Positions 1 through 15,121 of a stretch of 64,000 bases of DNA are shown here, piece after piece. The DNA is from the human T2T-CHM13v2.0 reference genome, Homo sapiens. Position numbers and translations under genes: made by a program. Numbering within the stretch: position 1 is the first letter of the stretch; the number at the start of each line of letters is the position of its first letter. A model generated the notes under the pieces. That model had not been told where the DNA came from and made no database searches. It saw only the letters and a list, made by a program, of their open reading frames with translations. The stretch lies in NCBI RefSeq assembly GCF_009914755.1, contig NC_060932.1, one strand, 5' to 3'.

Positions 1-10
1 GCACTTTTCT

Positions 11-375
<365 letters not shown>

Positions 376-654
376 TCAGAGGGCTCTTCCTGCATCTGCT
401 GTTTCTCATAATATTCAATATGCCAAAGCAGCATGTTTTGGGGTGATTTGGCCTAAATTCTTTCACCATCCAGCTAATGAAATGCTAACATTTTTCCAAA
501 AGTCCGGACCCTAAGCCATGCCCTAGCATGATAAATCCCAAGAACAGCTGCTAGGATGATACCACCAAGAATATGACAAAAAGGAAATTCTGGACCCCAG
601 ATTGAAACCAAGGTCAGTATTAAGGCACAGAGACCAACTTTGCTGTTCCCACAC

Positions 655-1015
655 TGATATGGTTTGGCTGTGTCTCCACCCAAATCTCATCTTGAAATGT
701 AGTTTCCATAATCCCCACGTGTCATGGGAGGGACCTGATAGGAGGTAATTGAATCATGTGGGTAGGTTTTTCCTATGCTATTTTCATCATAGTAAGTCTC
801 ACAAGAGCTGATGATTATGTAAAAGGCAGTTCCCCTGCACACAGTCTCTTGACTGCCACCATGTAAGACGTGCCTTTGCTCCTCTTTCGCCTTCCACCAT
901 GATTGTGGTGCCTCCCAAGCCATGTGGAATTATAAGTCCATTAAACCTCTTTTTCTTCATAAATTACTCAGTCTCAGGTATGTCTTCATTAGCAGCATGA
1001 GAAAGGACTAATACG
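655..1015 (+). mobile_element. THE1-type MaLR solo LTR
   Basis: Starts TGATATGGTTTGGCTGTGTC, ends GACTAATACG. 5-bp TSD CACAC at 650-654 and 1016-1020. Confidence 0.92.
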
Positions 1016-1994
1016 CACACCCAATCCCATGAACTGAAGGCATGAAGTGGAAGAGTGAATAAATACTTCCTCAGTAAGGAAGACTCAAAGCAGAAAATGT
1101 GCAGAGGTAAACAACTTCTTGGTTACCTTTCAAACATAGAAAATCTTTTCCTATTAAAATTCTTCAGGGACAACACAAAAATGAAAAAGCTCTTCACGCA
1201 GTAGAGGCAAGGAGCCCATGTAACACCTGACTCTTCCTTGCAGTTAATTTTCATTTAATATTTCTTATGAGGACTGAACTACTGTGTAACAGACACCAAC
1301 GGGTTACTCCCCACCACCTTGTCTTTTTATTCTAAACCACATAGTGAGTGAGAAAATCAGAACATAAAATTCTTCCATTGCTCCTGGGGCAATGACTGTG
1401 CATTTATATTCCTGTTTTATGATGGAGAGGAGGGCCCTGCTCTCTCTTTAAAAGACTCTTAAAATCTGTTATGCATTTACCAGAATGTGGGTGAAAAATT
1501 CAAGATAAAAGCCTAATCATGTTCTGAGAAGGACATAATTATACAGTAATAGTTTGATAGCCCCTACTCTGAGAAAGCAATCACATTAAAGCAGACCCTC
1601 TTCATACACTAATAGTCCTTTGTTTCTGGAATAAGGGGGATGGTAACAGTGCTTGGGCAGAGAAGCCTCAGAGTTCCATCATCCATTTTGGTTTGAATAG
1701 GTTAAAGGAGAATTTAGAGAAGAGACCAAAGGTTTTTCTTTCTGGAAATGCAACATGGCTGTTTGTGTTCTGTTTTTCTTTTCATCAATCAGAAAGATCA
1801 GATATTGCTTTACAGAGAAGAAACATTAAAACTTTAGTTTCTAAGATGAAAAAAAAGGTCCCGAAGACTTGATAATCTCTGAATTTTCTCTTTCCACCCC
1901 CACCTCCTCACTATTAGCAACTTTTCCTTTGTAGATTGAGGGAGGGCAGCAGTGGAGGCTGGAAAGCTAGGGGAGTGGTAAAGGAATAGCCAGA

Positions 1995-2349
1995 TGTATT
2001 AGTCCATTCTCATGCTGTTAATAAAGGCATACTGAACACTGGGTAATTTATTAAGGAAAGAGGTTTAATGGACTCACAGTTCCACATGGCTGGGGGGCTT
2101 CACAATCATGGCAGAAAATGAAGGAAGAGCAAAGGGACTTCTCACATGGTGGAGGGCAAGAGAACTTATCCAGGGGAACTCTCATTTATAAAACCATCAG
2201 ATCTAGCAAGGCTTATTCACTACCACGAGAACAGTATGAGGGAAACCACCCCTATGATTCGATTATCTCCACCTGGTCCTGCCCTTGACCTGTGGGGATT
2301 ACTACAATTCAAGGTGAGATTTGGGTGGGGACACAGCCAAACCATATCA
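1995..2349 (-). mobile_element. THE1-type MaLR solo LTR
   Basis: TGTATTAGTCC...CAGCCAAACCATATCA is the reverse complement of THE1 termini. 5-bp TSD CCAGA. Confidence 0.92.
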
Positions 2350-3604
2350 CCAGAGTTAGTGGATGCTGTTTGTGGATGCTTTGAAAGGGGACAGGCTGAG
2401 TTCTAGTCTGCGCTGCAGAAACTGGATAGGGCAGCTCCATGCACTGGTCCCCAGCCTCCACCTTTATATTAGAGAGCTAGTAGAAAATCTCTTTCAACCC
2501 CAATATCCAATGATTCTGTAAGTGTCAAACTTTCTTTCCCATTTATGCTGCTAGTGAGTTTCCCCACTGCTCCCCTCCACACACACCAAAAATCTGTTCC
2601 CTGACTTTCTATGAGTAGGAGAAAGAGGATCTGATTTATTTTGGAATGAGGACCACATGGGGGTTGGCATCTCTGTGCTGTCAGGGTCTGGAGGCTGTCT
2701 GGTCTCATCTGGGCCTCTTAGTTGCATCCTGAGCCCTGACCCAGGAGCCAGAGTGACTCAGGCATTTCTGCTGCCTCCTTTCTCCTCAGAGCACCACTGT
2801 GGCATTCTGGGAAGCAGTGAGCACCCAGCTAGTAGCCGGTTGTGAGGTACACGTATCATAAAACAAATCATTAGCTCTGCAGGATTGGGCCACCTCCTAA
2901 TTACGTAAACGGACCTCATTGTTAGGGTAATTTACTCCACAAAAAAAACAAAATAAACCAGGCATTTTCCCATAGCAGAATGTTAGAGCTGGTGGAAATC
3001 TTGGAAGCTAAGCCCCGATTTACTAATTTTGCTGATAAAAAAAAGAGGCCCAAAGAGAGGTAAGACTTAATTGCTCCAGATCCTACTCCTGGCCTGGCTA
3101 GGAGCAGAGCCTGAACAGAAGCAGGTGGCCTGATCCTGATCTCTGTGATGGCTCCTTCGTTACACTGGGATGCCAGCAGAAGGAATGCATTCTGCACACC
3201 CAGGAGCACGGCCCCAGTATGGGACAGAAGGATGGAGGGGAGGGAAGCTGCCGCAACTGTGAGCAGGTGATGCCGTGTACAGCAGAGCACTTTGCAGTGT
3301 GTTGCTGTCAGGATGCAGTGGACAGAGTGCTGGAGAAGCATTCTGGAAGTACACAGACTTGGAATCACAGCCAAGCTAAGCTCTGTTTTTTATGTGCTTT
3401 GTGAGCAGACAATTCACTTATGAGTCCCAATTTCCACGTCTGCAATTTTCTTGCAACACAAAAGTACTGAAAAGATTAAATAAAATAATTTGTGTAAAAA
3501 ATGTCCGACACACATGAATAATAAACGTTGGTTCCCTTCCCCATCTTTCTTTGTAACTTCTTTTTCTCTATGCTGTTGTTGTTGTTGTTTTGAAAGAGAA
3601 GGGG

Positions 3605-4125
<521 letters not shown>

Positions 4126-4443
4126 TGACTAGACCCTAATGACATTAGTTTTATACTGACATACCTACAATTTAGCTACATTTTTTCATAGCATAAAATG
4201 GTTCACTGAACAAAAGGAAGGCTGCTCAGTATTACTGCTGTCTCGTGGCCTTGCTATGTAAAATGCTTTAAGATGATCGAGCATTAAGTACAGAGGAGGC
4301 AGCTACTGCACACCAGCACTGAGTAGAAGCAAGGAAGGTAGAGCGAGAAAAAGACTATTCTACTCATCCTTGAAAATTCTAGTAAATCTCTAGTGTAAAA
4401 ATGTGACAATTCTTCTATAAATGTAAATGTCTCTTTTATACTC

Positions 4444-4845
4444 TGTCCTAGTCATTTTGTACTGCTATAATGAAATACCTGAGATTGGGTAATTTATGAA
4501 GAACAGAAACTTATGCCTCATAGTTCTGGAGGGTGGGAAATCCAAGATCAAGGCATCAACAGATTCAGCATCTGGTGAGGGCTGCTCTCTGCTTTTAAGA
4601 TGGCTCCTGATTGCTGCATCCACTGGAGGAGGTGGATGCTCTGTCCTCACATGGCGGAAGGGACAAAAGGGCAAAAAGGCCCAGCTAGTTCCCTTGAGCC
4701 CTTTTATCAGGGCACTAATCCCATTCATGAGGGCAGGGCCCTCATGACTTAATCACCTCCTAATGGCCCACCTCTGAACACTGGTGCACTGGAGATTAAG
4801 TTTCAACATGAGTTTTGGAAGAGACACAGCATTCAAACCACAGCA
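4444..4845 (-). mobile_element. MST/MLT1A-like MaLR solo LTR
   Basis: TGTCCTAGTC...GCTATAATGAAATACCTGAGATTGGGTAATTTAT...AAATCCAAGATCAAGG...ATTCAAACCACAGCA. Confidence 0.8.
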
Positions 4846-5168
4846 CACCCTCAGGTAAAGGACTGGCTGTAACATTTTCTATTGCTTACTTTCTTCCTTT
4901 GTGCTCCATGGCCTTTTGAACAAATCTCTACTGTGGACACGGTTATATTATGGTAATTTTTTGCTTGTCTGTCTTCTTCATTAGAGGAAGCTTGTCTAAC
5001 TCTTGTAATTAAGTCCTCAATTTGAGCCTACCATTTCAGCAAAGAAGAATAAGCATCAAGTATATCAAAGTATGGGGAAAATGTAAACTTTTCAGCATGG
5101 TTGGAATGTAAGGTATGAGGGGGCAATAAGAGAGATAAGGATGGAAAAGTAAATAGAAGTCAGAATAG

Positions 5169-5453
5169 GGTCTGGGCATGGTGGCTCATGCCTGTAATCC
5201 CAGAACTTTGGGAGGCAAGGTGGGCAGATAACTTGAGGCCAGGAGTTCAAGACCAGCCTGGCCAACATGGCAAAACCCCATCTCTGCTAAAAATACAAAA
5301 AATTAGCCAGGCTTGGTGATGCACGCCTGTAGTCCCAGCTGCTTGGCAACAGAATCGCTTGAACCCAGGAGGCAGAGGTTGCAGTGAGCCAAGATGGCAC
5401 CAGTGCGCTCCAGTCTGGGTGACAGAGTGAGACTCTGTCTCAAGAAAAAAAAA
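5169..5453 (+). mobile_element. AluS-type SINE
   Basis: Alu dimer with a small right-arm deletion. AAGTCAGAAT on both flanks. Confidence 0.93.
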
Positions 5454-5646
5454 TATACAAGTCAGAATTGGTAGGACCTTATATGTATTGCTAAGAAAGT
5501 TGGACTTTATCCTGAAAATAAATGGGATCAAATGGTTCATTTTCAGCAGATGAGAGAATGTCTGCGTTCATATTTTCAGAGGAATTGTTCTGACACTAAA
5601 AGGAGGAATGAATTGGGGGATGAAAAGTACAAAGACAAGAAGATCT

Positions 5647-5953
5647 GGCCAGGCACGATGGCTCACACCTGTAATCCCAGCACTTTGGGAAGCCGAGGTG
5701 GGCAGATCACTGAGTTTAGGAGTTTAAGATCAGCCTGGCCAACATGGTGAAAACCCATCTCTACTAAAAATACAAAAATTAGCCCGGAATGATGGTGCAT
5801 GCCTGCAGTCCCAGCTACTCAGGAGGTTGAGATGGAAGGATTACTTGAGCCCAGGAGTTGAAAACTGCAATGAGCCGAGATTGCACCACTGCTCTCCAGC
5901 CTGGGCAACAGAAGAAGACCCTGTCTCAAGAAAAACAACAACAACAACAAAAA
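5647..5953 (+). mobile_element. Alu SINE (J/S)
   Basis: Alu dimer with (CAA)n tail. AAAGACAAG on both flanks. Confidence 0.93.
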
Positions 5954-6101
5954 AGACAAGGAGAGCTAATGGAGAACATGAAGGCAAGAAATGATGAGAT
6001 TCTAAAGTAGATCAGTGGCATTGAGAATAACAAGGTAGAAAAGTATTATATATATATATTAAAGAGGTAGAATAGATAGGTCTTTATGAACTTTTTGTTA
6101 C

Positions 6102-6505
6102 TATCTTGGTCTACTCCGGCTACTCTAACAAAATACCATAGACTGGGTAACTTGAACAGCAGAAATGTATTTTTTCACAATTCTGGAAGCTGGAAGTTCA
6201 AGATCAGGGTTCCAGCATGGTCAGGTTCTGAGAAGGCCTCTCTTCCTGGCCTACAGACAGCTGCCTTCTCACTGTCCTCACACGGCCTTTCCACAGTGCA
6301 TGGGCATGAAGAGAAATAGAGATGTCTCTCCCTCTTTCTCTTCTTATAAAGCCACAAATCCTATCAGATTAGAACCCCACCCTTATGACCTCATTTAGCC
6401 TTAACGACCTCTTTAAAGTCCTATCTCCAAATATAATCATATTAGAGGCTAGGGACTCAACATATGAATTTGGTGATGGGTGGGGACACAATTTAGTTCA
6501 AGGCA
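6102..6505 (-). mobile_element. MLT1-type MaLR solo LTR
   Basis: AACAAAATACCATAGACTGGG...GCTGGAAGTTCAAGATCAGGG...CCTATCTCCAAATATA motifs. Confidence 0.8.
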
Positions 6506-6936
6506 GACGGCAAGGAGGAGTTAAGTGTGGCTCCTAGGTTTCTGGCCTGAGTATGTTACATGAACAGGGTGCTATTCGCTGATATAGAAAACACAAGAAA
6601 AGGAGTAAAGACTGATTTTGACAGGAGCAGTGACAAATGTAGCTTTGAACATATGTGTGAGCCATCTGTGGTACATGTAAGTGGGGATGCCCGCAGGCAG
6701 CTTAATGAATGTATGGGGCTTCCAGCAGACAAATCTGGGCTGCAGCCCAGACACCTGAACACTATCAGTGAACTCATAAAGTTGAATTCAACAAACAAAT
6801 CAGAAAACCCAAGGAAAATGGTTAGAAGAAAAAGAGCAGTGAGTCTAAATCAGAACTTTGGAGAACATCAGTAATTAAGGATTTCTGGGGATATCAGAGC
6901 CCTGTGTTATTGAGGTGGCAGAAATGAAAGAAGAAA

Positions 6937-7328
<392 letters not shown>

Positions 7329-7647
7329 TCAAGTTCAGAAGTTTCCAAGTATAGTGCCTACAGGAGTGCCCACTGTCCTGAGAAGGCAGGTGAAATAAAA
7401 TATCCATGAGGTCTAGAGACCACCAAGTCACTGGGGACCTTAGAAAGTCTTGCTTCATTGGAGGGATGTGGGCAGAATCTGGGTCTCAGTGGGTTAAGGA
7501 GGCATTGAGAGATGAAGAAGGGAGTAATAGAGACATCTTTACATGCTGATTAACATCAGTCCATGTGTCAGCACATGGGGAAAATGGCCTTATAATCAGT
7601 TATTAATCAACCTATTCATTTATACATTTCTCCAACTTTTCCACAAA

Positions 7648-7879
7648 GACCTCATGAAAGCCGTTATCAAATACTTGGCTGAAACCCAGGTGTACTATGG
7701 TAACAGTTTTGCTCCAAACTGCTTACCCTGGTGACTCTATTCAGAAAAGGAATGTTAACCTGGCATTGTGTGATTTTAGCTAAACACTTCAGCTTCTAGT
7801 GAAAACAAATTATTTGTTAATTAATCTCATGATCCAGAACCATGGACAGAGTCCATGCCAAAACTATTAGCCTAGCATT
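7648..7879. repeat. Donor of a 232-bp local duplication (possibly an ancient CR1/L3 remnant)
   Basis: Ungapped match to 9307-9538 with 17 mismatches by manual count. The CR1 similarity is from memory only. Confidence 0.9.
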
Positions 7880-8679
7880 TTAAGAACACACCTTTACTAT
7901 TTTGAAAACAGAACAAATTGTGCCCATCTCTAGTATTCTGGTACCTCTTCTGATTCCAAGACTAATAAAAAAAAAAAAGAAACAAATGCATATATATTCA
8001 CATATATTCCTCAGGGCAGCAGTTTGTAAATTTCGTCTTCAAGATATCTCAGTACTCTGGAAAAGAGTACTTCTGAGCATAAAGACTTGGATTCATTTCA
8101 CTTAATTGGATATTCTTCTTCCTTTGTGGGCTTCCATTATCACTTCAAAACACACCCTTCCTCTTTGGAATCTCTTACAAGTGCGCATTCAGAATTATAT
8201 GTGTGAAAGCTTTACGTGTTATATTCCCTTTCAGAGTTTTATGCCACAAAATTATGCCAAAAAATTCAGTTTTCAATCCGACTTTCTAAAAATGATGGAA
8301 ACACATCAGCCTGTCTTTTTCTTGTGAACTCCAAAATTGTATAATTATTTTTGCTCAAACTTCCATCACTTCTACTTTGGGAAAAAGTTCTATTTTTGTC
8401 ACATTTAGGACCAGAATAACCATCACTTAGTCCTTCACCTCCTCTGGGTGTTTTAAGATTTGATCTTTGATTTTTACCAGTTTGAAAAGTAGGACAATAC
8501 CTGGATATGGTATTTATGTGCTGTTTATTTCTGAGAGAGTGAAAGTCCTTTTCTCTGCCTGATGGTAAGGTTGAAGTGGGGGTTACAAGTCATTCAGATT
8601 TCTGCTAGAGCTCAGTTGAGTTGGGCTGGACCACAGATTTAGCATGCCTTTGCGTAGATATCTTTGTGTTGGTCTTGCT

Positions 8680-9245
8680 TGGGGCTTTCTGAGCTCCTTG
8701 GGACTTTGAGTTGATATTCTTCACCACATTTGGAAAAATTGTGGCTCTTATTTCTTCAAAAGATTTCTCCGGTTTCGTTCTTTCTTATCTTTCCTGGGAT
8801 TTCAACTACATGTAGGTTAGACCACATGATAATATCTCACAGGTCCTGACATTCTGTTCATTTTTTTTCCAGCTGTTTTTCTTTTCTCCTTCAGTTTGAG
8901 TAATTTCCACTGACCTTTCCTCAAGTTCAGTGCTTTGTTCCACGGTGGCATACAATTGGTTATTGAGCCCATTCAATGATTTTTTAAATGTCAGATATTG
9001 TATTTTTTAATTCTAGAATTTCCATTTTGTTCTTTTGTTAAAGTGTTGATTTCCCTCCTGAAGTGCCCCATGTCTTTACGTATTATGTCTATCTTTTCCT
9101 ATAAATTCCTGAACATTTTTTAATACTTGTTTTATTGTTTAAAATCATTGTCCTCTAACTCTAATAACTGGATTTGCTTCTAGTGACTGCTTTGCTCAAA
9201 TGGAAGGTCATATAATGGAAGGTCATATTTTCCTGCTTCTTCACA
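8680..9245 (-). mobile_element. Old L1M/HAL1-like fragment, probably continuing at about 10575-11330
   Basis: T-rich tract with motifs typical of antisense L1ME/HAL1 5' regions (ATTTGGAAAAATT...TTATTTCTTCAAA; TTCTAGAATTTCCATTT). Confidence 0.55.
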
Positions 9246-9255
9246 TGTATGTGTA

Positions 9256-9306
<51 letters not shown>
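9246..9306. repeat. (TG)n(TA)n microsatellite
   Basis: Directly visible. Confidence 0.97.
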
Positions 9307-9308
<2 letters not shown>

Positions 9309-9538
9309 CCTCGTGAAAACCTTTATCAAATTTTTGGCTGAATCCCAGATGTACTATGGAAACAGTTTTGCTCCAAACTGCTTAGTCTGGTTACTCTATT
9401 CAGAAAAGGAATGTTAACCTGGCATTATATGATTTTAGCTAAATACTTCAGCTTCTAGTGAAAACAAATTATTTGTTAATTAATCCCATGATCCAGAACC
9501 ATGGACAGAGTCCATGCCGAAACCATTAGCCTAGCATT
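9307..9538. repeat. 232-bp direct copy of 7648-7879 inserted in a microsatellite
   Basis: About 93% identity, ungapped, offset 1659 bp. Confidence 0.92.
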
Positions 9539-9631
9539 GTGTGTGTGTGTATATATATATACACACACACACAAATATGTATGTATACACACACATATAT
9601 ATGTATGTATACACACACACATATATGTATG

Positions 9632-9676
<45 letters not shown>
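9539..9676. repeat. Compound (TG)/(TA)/(CA) microsatellite
   Basis: Directly visible. Confidence 0.97.
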
Positions 9677-9678
<2 letters not shown>

Positions 9679-10572
9679 TTAGAGACAGGGTCTCATTATG
9701 TTGCCCTGGCCAGATTTGAACTTCAAATTCCTGGGCTCAAGCAATCCTCCTGTAATTGCCTGATATGTTCTTCTTGCCCACTGCACAGATAAACCGAATT
9801 CACTGAGACAATAGTATTGCAATAGGGGAAGAGTTTAGTTACCACAACATAGCCAAGCTAGAGGACGGGAGTTTTCACTCAAGTTTGTCTTCCCAAAGCC
9901 TCAAAGGTTAGAGTTTTTCAAGGATAGTTTGGTGGGCAGGGGGCTAGGGAATGGGTGCTATTGATTGGTGGTGCTGAAATCATAGGGGTGTGGAAAACAG
10001 TCCTTGTACACTGAGTCAGCCTCTGGGTGGGGGCCATGGGACCTATTGAGTCATGAGTCCTGGGTCTGGGTGGAGTCAGTTGGTTGCATGAATGCAAAAG
10101 TCTGAAAAACATCTCAAAAGAGCAATATTAGGTCCTACAATAGTGATGTTATCTATATAGGAGCAATTGGAGAAGTCACAAATCTTGTGACCTCCAGTGC
10201 AGTAAATGATTATGAAAAGGCAAGCTACACCTACATTTCAGCAGAATTTGAGCCCCTCCCATAATCCTAATCTTGTGGCTTTCATTAGTCTTACTATAGT
10301 GGTTTCAGTTCCCCAACAAAGAAGGAGTCAGTTTCAGGGAGAAACTATTTTCATCCTTGCTTCAAAGTTAAACCACAAACTAAATTTCTCCCATGGTTAA
10401 TTTGCCCTGTGCCCAGGAATGAATGAAGACAGCCAGCCTGTGAGGCTAGAAAGAAAATGGGGCAAGCCATGCTAGACTTCTCTCACTGTCATAATCTTTG
10501 CAAAAGGCAGTTTTACTCCTGCCTCAACCTCCCAAGTAGCTGGGATTACAGGCTTGCACCACTGTGCCCAAC
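9677..10572 (-). mobile_element. FLAM/AluJ monomer split by an LTR (9677-9750 and 10516-10572)
   Basis: AGAGACAGGGTCTC...CTCAAGCAATCCTCC | CTCCTGCCTCAACCTCCCAAGTAGCTGGGATTACAGG. Confidence 0.85.
9751..10515 (-). mobile_element. LTR8-family (LTR8A/B-like) ERV1 solo LTR
   Basis: Right end CTTTGCAAAAGGCAGTTTTA resembles the reverse complement of the LTR8 start TGAAACCGCCTTTGCAAA. 4-bp TSD CTCC. Homologous to 59814-60614. Confidence 0.85.
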
Positions 10573-11329
10573 TTAACACCTTTTATTATACTCCTGTTTA
10601 AAAAAGAATGGAGACTGGAGTATTATATTTTGTTTATTTCCAAGCAAGTGAAAGCCCTTTTCTCTAGCTGCTGATGAGGGTTGAGGAGACAGTGCTGATT
10701 ATTCAGATTCCTCCTAGAGCCAGCTGGAGCTGGAGCTGGACCCTGGTTTTAACTAGATTGAGTTAATCTCTGATTAGCCCAATCCCCAGTGCTGCACCCA
10801 CTGCCCAGGGGCTGATATTTTTGGATCCTATCAGTATTTCAACTGGGAGTAGGTTGGGTTTCTACTTCAGATAATTTTGGTTTATAATTCAGCTCCAGTA
10901 GTGCCCTAGAATCTAGACAAAATTCTGGACATATAGTCTTTCCGCTTTTCATCCCTCCCAGACTGTTGCCTTCTCTGAAAAAATCAGGATGGAAGAGTGT
11001 GTGTTGTAGGGGGCGGTGGGGAGTAAAAAGGATGGTTGGATCAAGTCGTTTGACTTTGCATTTGGGGTTCTTCCAAAGTCCAACCCAGTCAGCCAGCCCT
11101 CACTACCATTCAAGGCCTGGGTGTCTTTCTCATCCGTGCAGACTCCCCATCTACAGCCGACTTGTTTCTTCTCATCTCCACCAGACTAGGCATCCACCCC
11201 CAAGGATGGACGCTTAGGCTCCTCTCCACTCATTGATGAGGAGCCCATTTTCTTTGGACATCAGCTCATCATGGCTTCTTTGCATCTACTGCTCTTAGCT
11301 AGATCCACAGAAAACTATGATTTTTCTTT

Positions 11330-11452
11330 TGCCTCTCTTTCTCTTTTTCTTTCTTACTTTCTCTTCTTTCTTCCTTTCTTTCTTTCCCTTCTTTCCTTCT
11401 TTCCTTCTTTCCTTCCTTCCTTCCTTCTTTTTCCTTCCTTCCTTCCTTTTTT
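11330..11452. repeat. (CTTT/CCTT)n polypyrimidine tract
   Basis: Directly visible. Confidence 0.95.
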
Positions 11453-12135
11453 GTTACCTTAGGAGCAAAGATTTTTTGTATCCTTCTTCATTCCAACTGC
11501 AAGCCGACTTCCCTTCAACTTTTAAAGAGATAAATTTGTCAGTCTGTCACATAAGAAGTGGAGACACTCCACATTTGTTCAAATGAGACTGCCAACAGAT
11601 AGCCAGTTATAAAAAGGCTTTCCCTCACCCCACCAGCCCTCCATAATAATGCATCTTTTCCTCTTTTATAATCTACATCCTGAGGCACTGCCATTCCTGA
11701 CAGCATTTGTCACTGAAATGCACAGCTGAAGCAGAATGTCTGAATGCAGGGACTGGGTGCTGGGAAGTTATAGGCTGAGAGTGAGAGAGCTAAACACAGC
11801 CAGTGCAACAATCTTGTTACCAAGAATGGCCAATGTGATAGAGACCAGTGCAAGATGCCAAGGATGATGCAGTTCACACAGAATTACACAGAGTATATTT
11901 AAACCAAGTCCAGAAGATATTGTACTCTAACTATGGTTTTGAAAGTGCTTTCTCAATAATTCAGTATGGAAAGATCAATAAGGGACAAGAGAACAAGAAT
12001 ATAATGTCTTATATATTTTTGGTAATTTCCTTTAAATCTATATGCATACATTGAATAGATTATATCTTATTCAATATTGTAGATAATCTTTCTGGTCTAT
12101 GTAGTGTTGCGTTGTAAAACTTTATGTTATTTTTA

Positions 12136-12440
<305 letters not shown>

Positions 12441-12574
12441 TTATGTTATGTTTAAGAAAGATTTGTGTTTCCTTGAGACACAAATGACATATGGTTATTA
12501 TCTTGACTCCTGGTGGAAGGGAATAGCTCTAAACAGAAATCATTCTCAGTTGGTGCAGACAGATAATAATAGCT

Positions 12575-12722
12575 ACAGAATATTTATCCATTTAACCACA
12601 TGCCAGGTACTATACTGGGTGCTTCAATATAGTATCTTGGACACCTATAAAACACTGCCAGATTGGTAGGTTTTATCACCATTTTACATTTGAGGAAACC
12701 GGCTTAGAGAGGTTAAATAATT
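12575..12722. mobile_element. MIR fragment
   Basis: CATTTTACATTTGAGGAAACCGGCTTAGAGAGGTTAAATAA resembles the MIR core. Confidence 0.65.
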
Positions 12723-14604
12723 CATACATGTGATAAATATTTATGAAACAGTCATTAATTTGTAGGAACTGGGTTGGGTGCTGGGGTTACATTGGATAAA
12801 TAAGACAAATGTATAATCTAATAAAATTTTTAACATCTTTTTTTCCCCTTTCAAGCTTTGTGCTAAATGAGAAATAAAACAGCAACCAAAGAAGCAAACA
12901 TCAAAATGTCCACAATATTATTGACAGACCTATTGGATATTCCACCACCAGGTCACACATCTTGCTGGACAAATGTCGACCTTCTGTCATTTAGGGATAC
13001 ACCTCCCGCCCAGGGCAAAGCAATCCAGGATGTGGTTCTTGCCAACAAACCAGCAACAGAAAAGAGAAATTCTCAAGGGGTTAAGCCATGCATGCCCAGT
13101 TCTTTCTCCCAAACTCAAAGCTGAAAAATTACTACCTGAGAAGGGGTGTAAAGAGAGGTAGGAGGATTACCCTGGTGGAAGTACCTGCACAGGGAAACAT
13201 AAGGTCAGAGGAAAAGATATTCCCGTGAACAAAATCTAATGTGGAAGACAGACATTAAACCAAAAAATAAAATTTATGTGCACTTATTCTGATTTTGATT
13301 TTTATCGTTAAACAGAGGCACAGAGTGCTGTAAGAATTTGTAATAAAAGAACTCCCCATAGCTTCCCAAGAAAGTAATACGATTGAATAGGGAGTATCTG
13401 TGCAAAAAATAGGAGAGTGCTCCAGGCAGAAAGCAAAAGAACATATGCTAAGGCCTTGAGGCAGGGAATCACGTACAGTATGTGGAAACCAACAAGCCAG
13501 TGGGCTGGAGCACAGAGAAAAGAGGGAAACTGTTAGAAGAAGCTGCAAAGTTAGGAGCATGTGATGCACTGCTTTGTGAAATGTAAAGGATTTTGAATAT
13601 TATATCAAGGGCCATGGAAAGTCATTATAATGTTATAAGCAGAGAATAGACATCATCAGAGTGCCCAAGAGTCCACAGCCTCCACCTACACAACTATGAT
13701 TAATGCTGCTACCAGATTACTAATAATAGAATTTTTAAAGGGCTTCAAATTTCCTTTGTAACCAGGTACTAATTCCTCTCATACTGTCTAATTCATTTTC
13801 AGCAAACTCATAAATGAGCTGAGTGCTTGGAGGATATTTTTAGTTTCATGATTAAGTGGTATCTAAAGTGGCTTAATGTGTGTTCTGGAACTTGCATGGA
13901 TTCATTTTCATTTAATAGGCCTGCTGTCAAGTAACTGTTTCATTTATTCATGTCTTCCTTTTTAAACTTTAATTTAGCAAAGCATACTAGATGCCAAAGC
14001 TTATTATGCTTCTTAGTCTGTGATTTAGCCAGTCTGCCTTTGCTAATAACATGTTCCAATCCATCAACATCACTGTAAATCTGAGATCCCTAGGTCTGAG
14101 ATTGTTGCTTCTGCCGCTTTCCTGATTTCACGTGGAAACATTCCTGCCAGCAAATGGGCCCTCCTTTGGGGAATTGCATGTGTGCATATTTGATGCCTCA
14201 TTTTCAAAATGATACTATTCTGAAATGTGAGTAGTATCTGAAGAATACTTCGTAACCTGGATAAACCAATCAATTAATCACCAGGTATTTGTTGAGTCTC
14301 GATTGGAAATAACATAACTAGATGCTACAGGAAATTTTGCAGAGAAAGTGTATGTTGTAAGTTCTGCATTATTTCTCCTTACATTCTAGCTGGGAGAGAA
14401 AACAGATATATTGAAGGATAACCAATAACACAAGGCCCTAGATGATACTTGCCAAATAAATGATTTTAATCCCAAACACTGCAGGAATGCAGGGGAGGGC
14501 TGATCATTGTGGTAAAGGGAGTCTTCATTGAGTAAATCGGTCCAAAGGGCTGGGAAGGGGTCAATGTACAGAGAAGGTAGCTAAAGCATTCTAGACGGAA
14601 ACAA

Positions 14605-15121
<517 letters not shown>

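Noticed and set aside
655-2349. Possible full THE1 provirus between the two LTRs
   Set aside because: The LTRs are inverted and each has its own TSD.
2922-3374. 150-aa minus-strand ORF
   Set aside because: Non-ATG start and no recognisable protein features.
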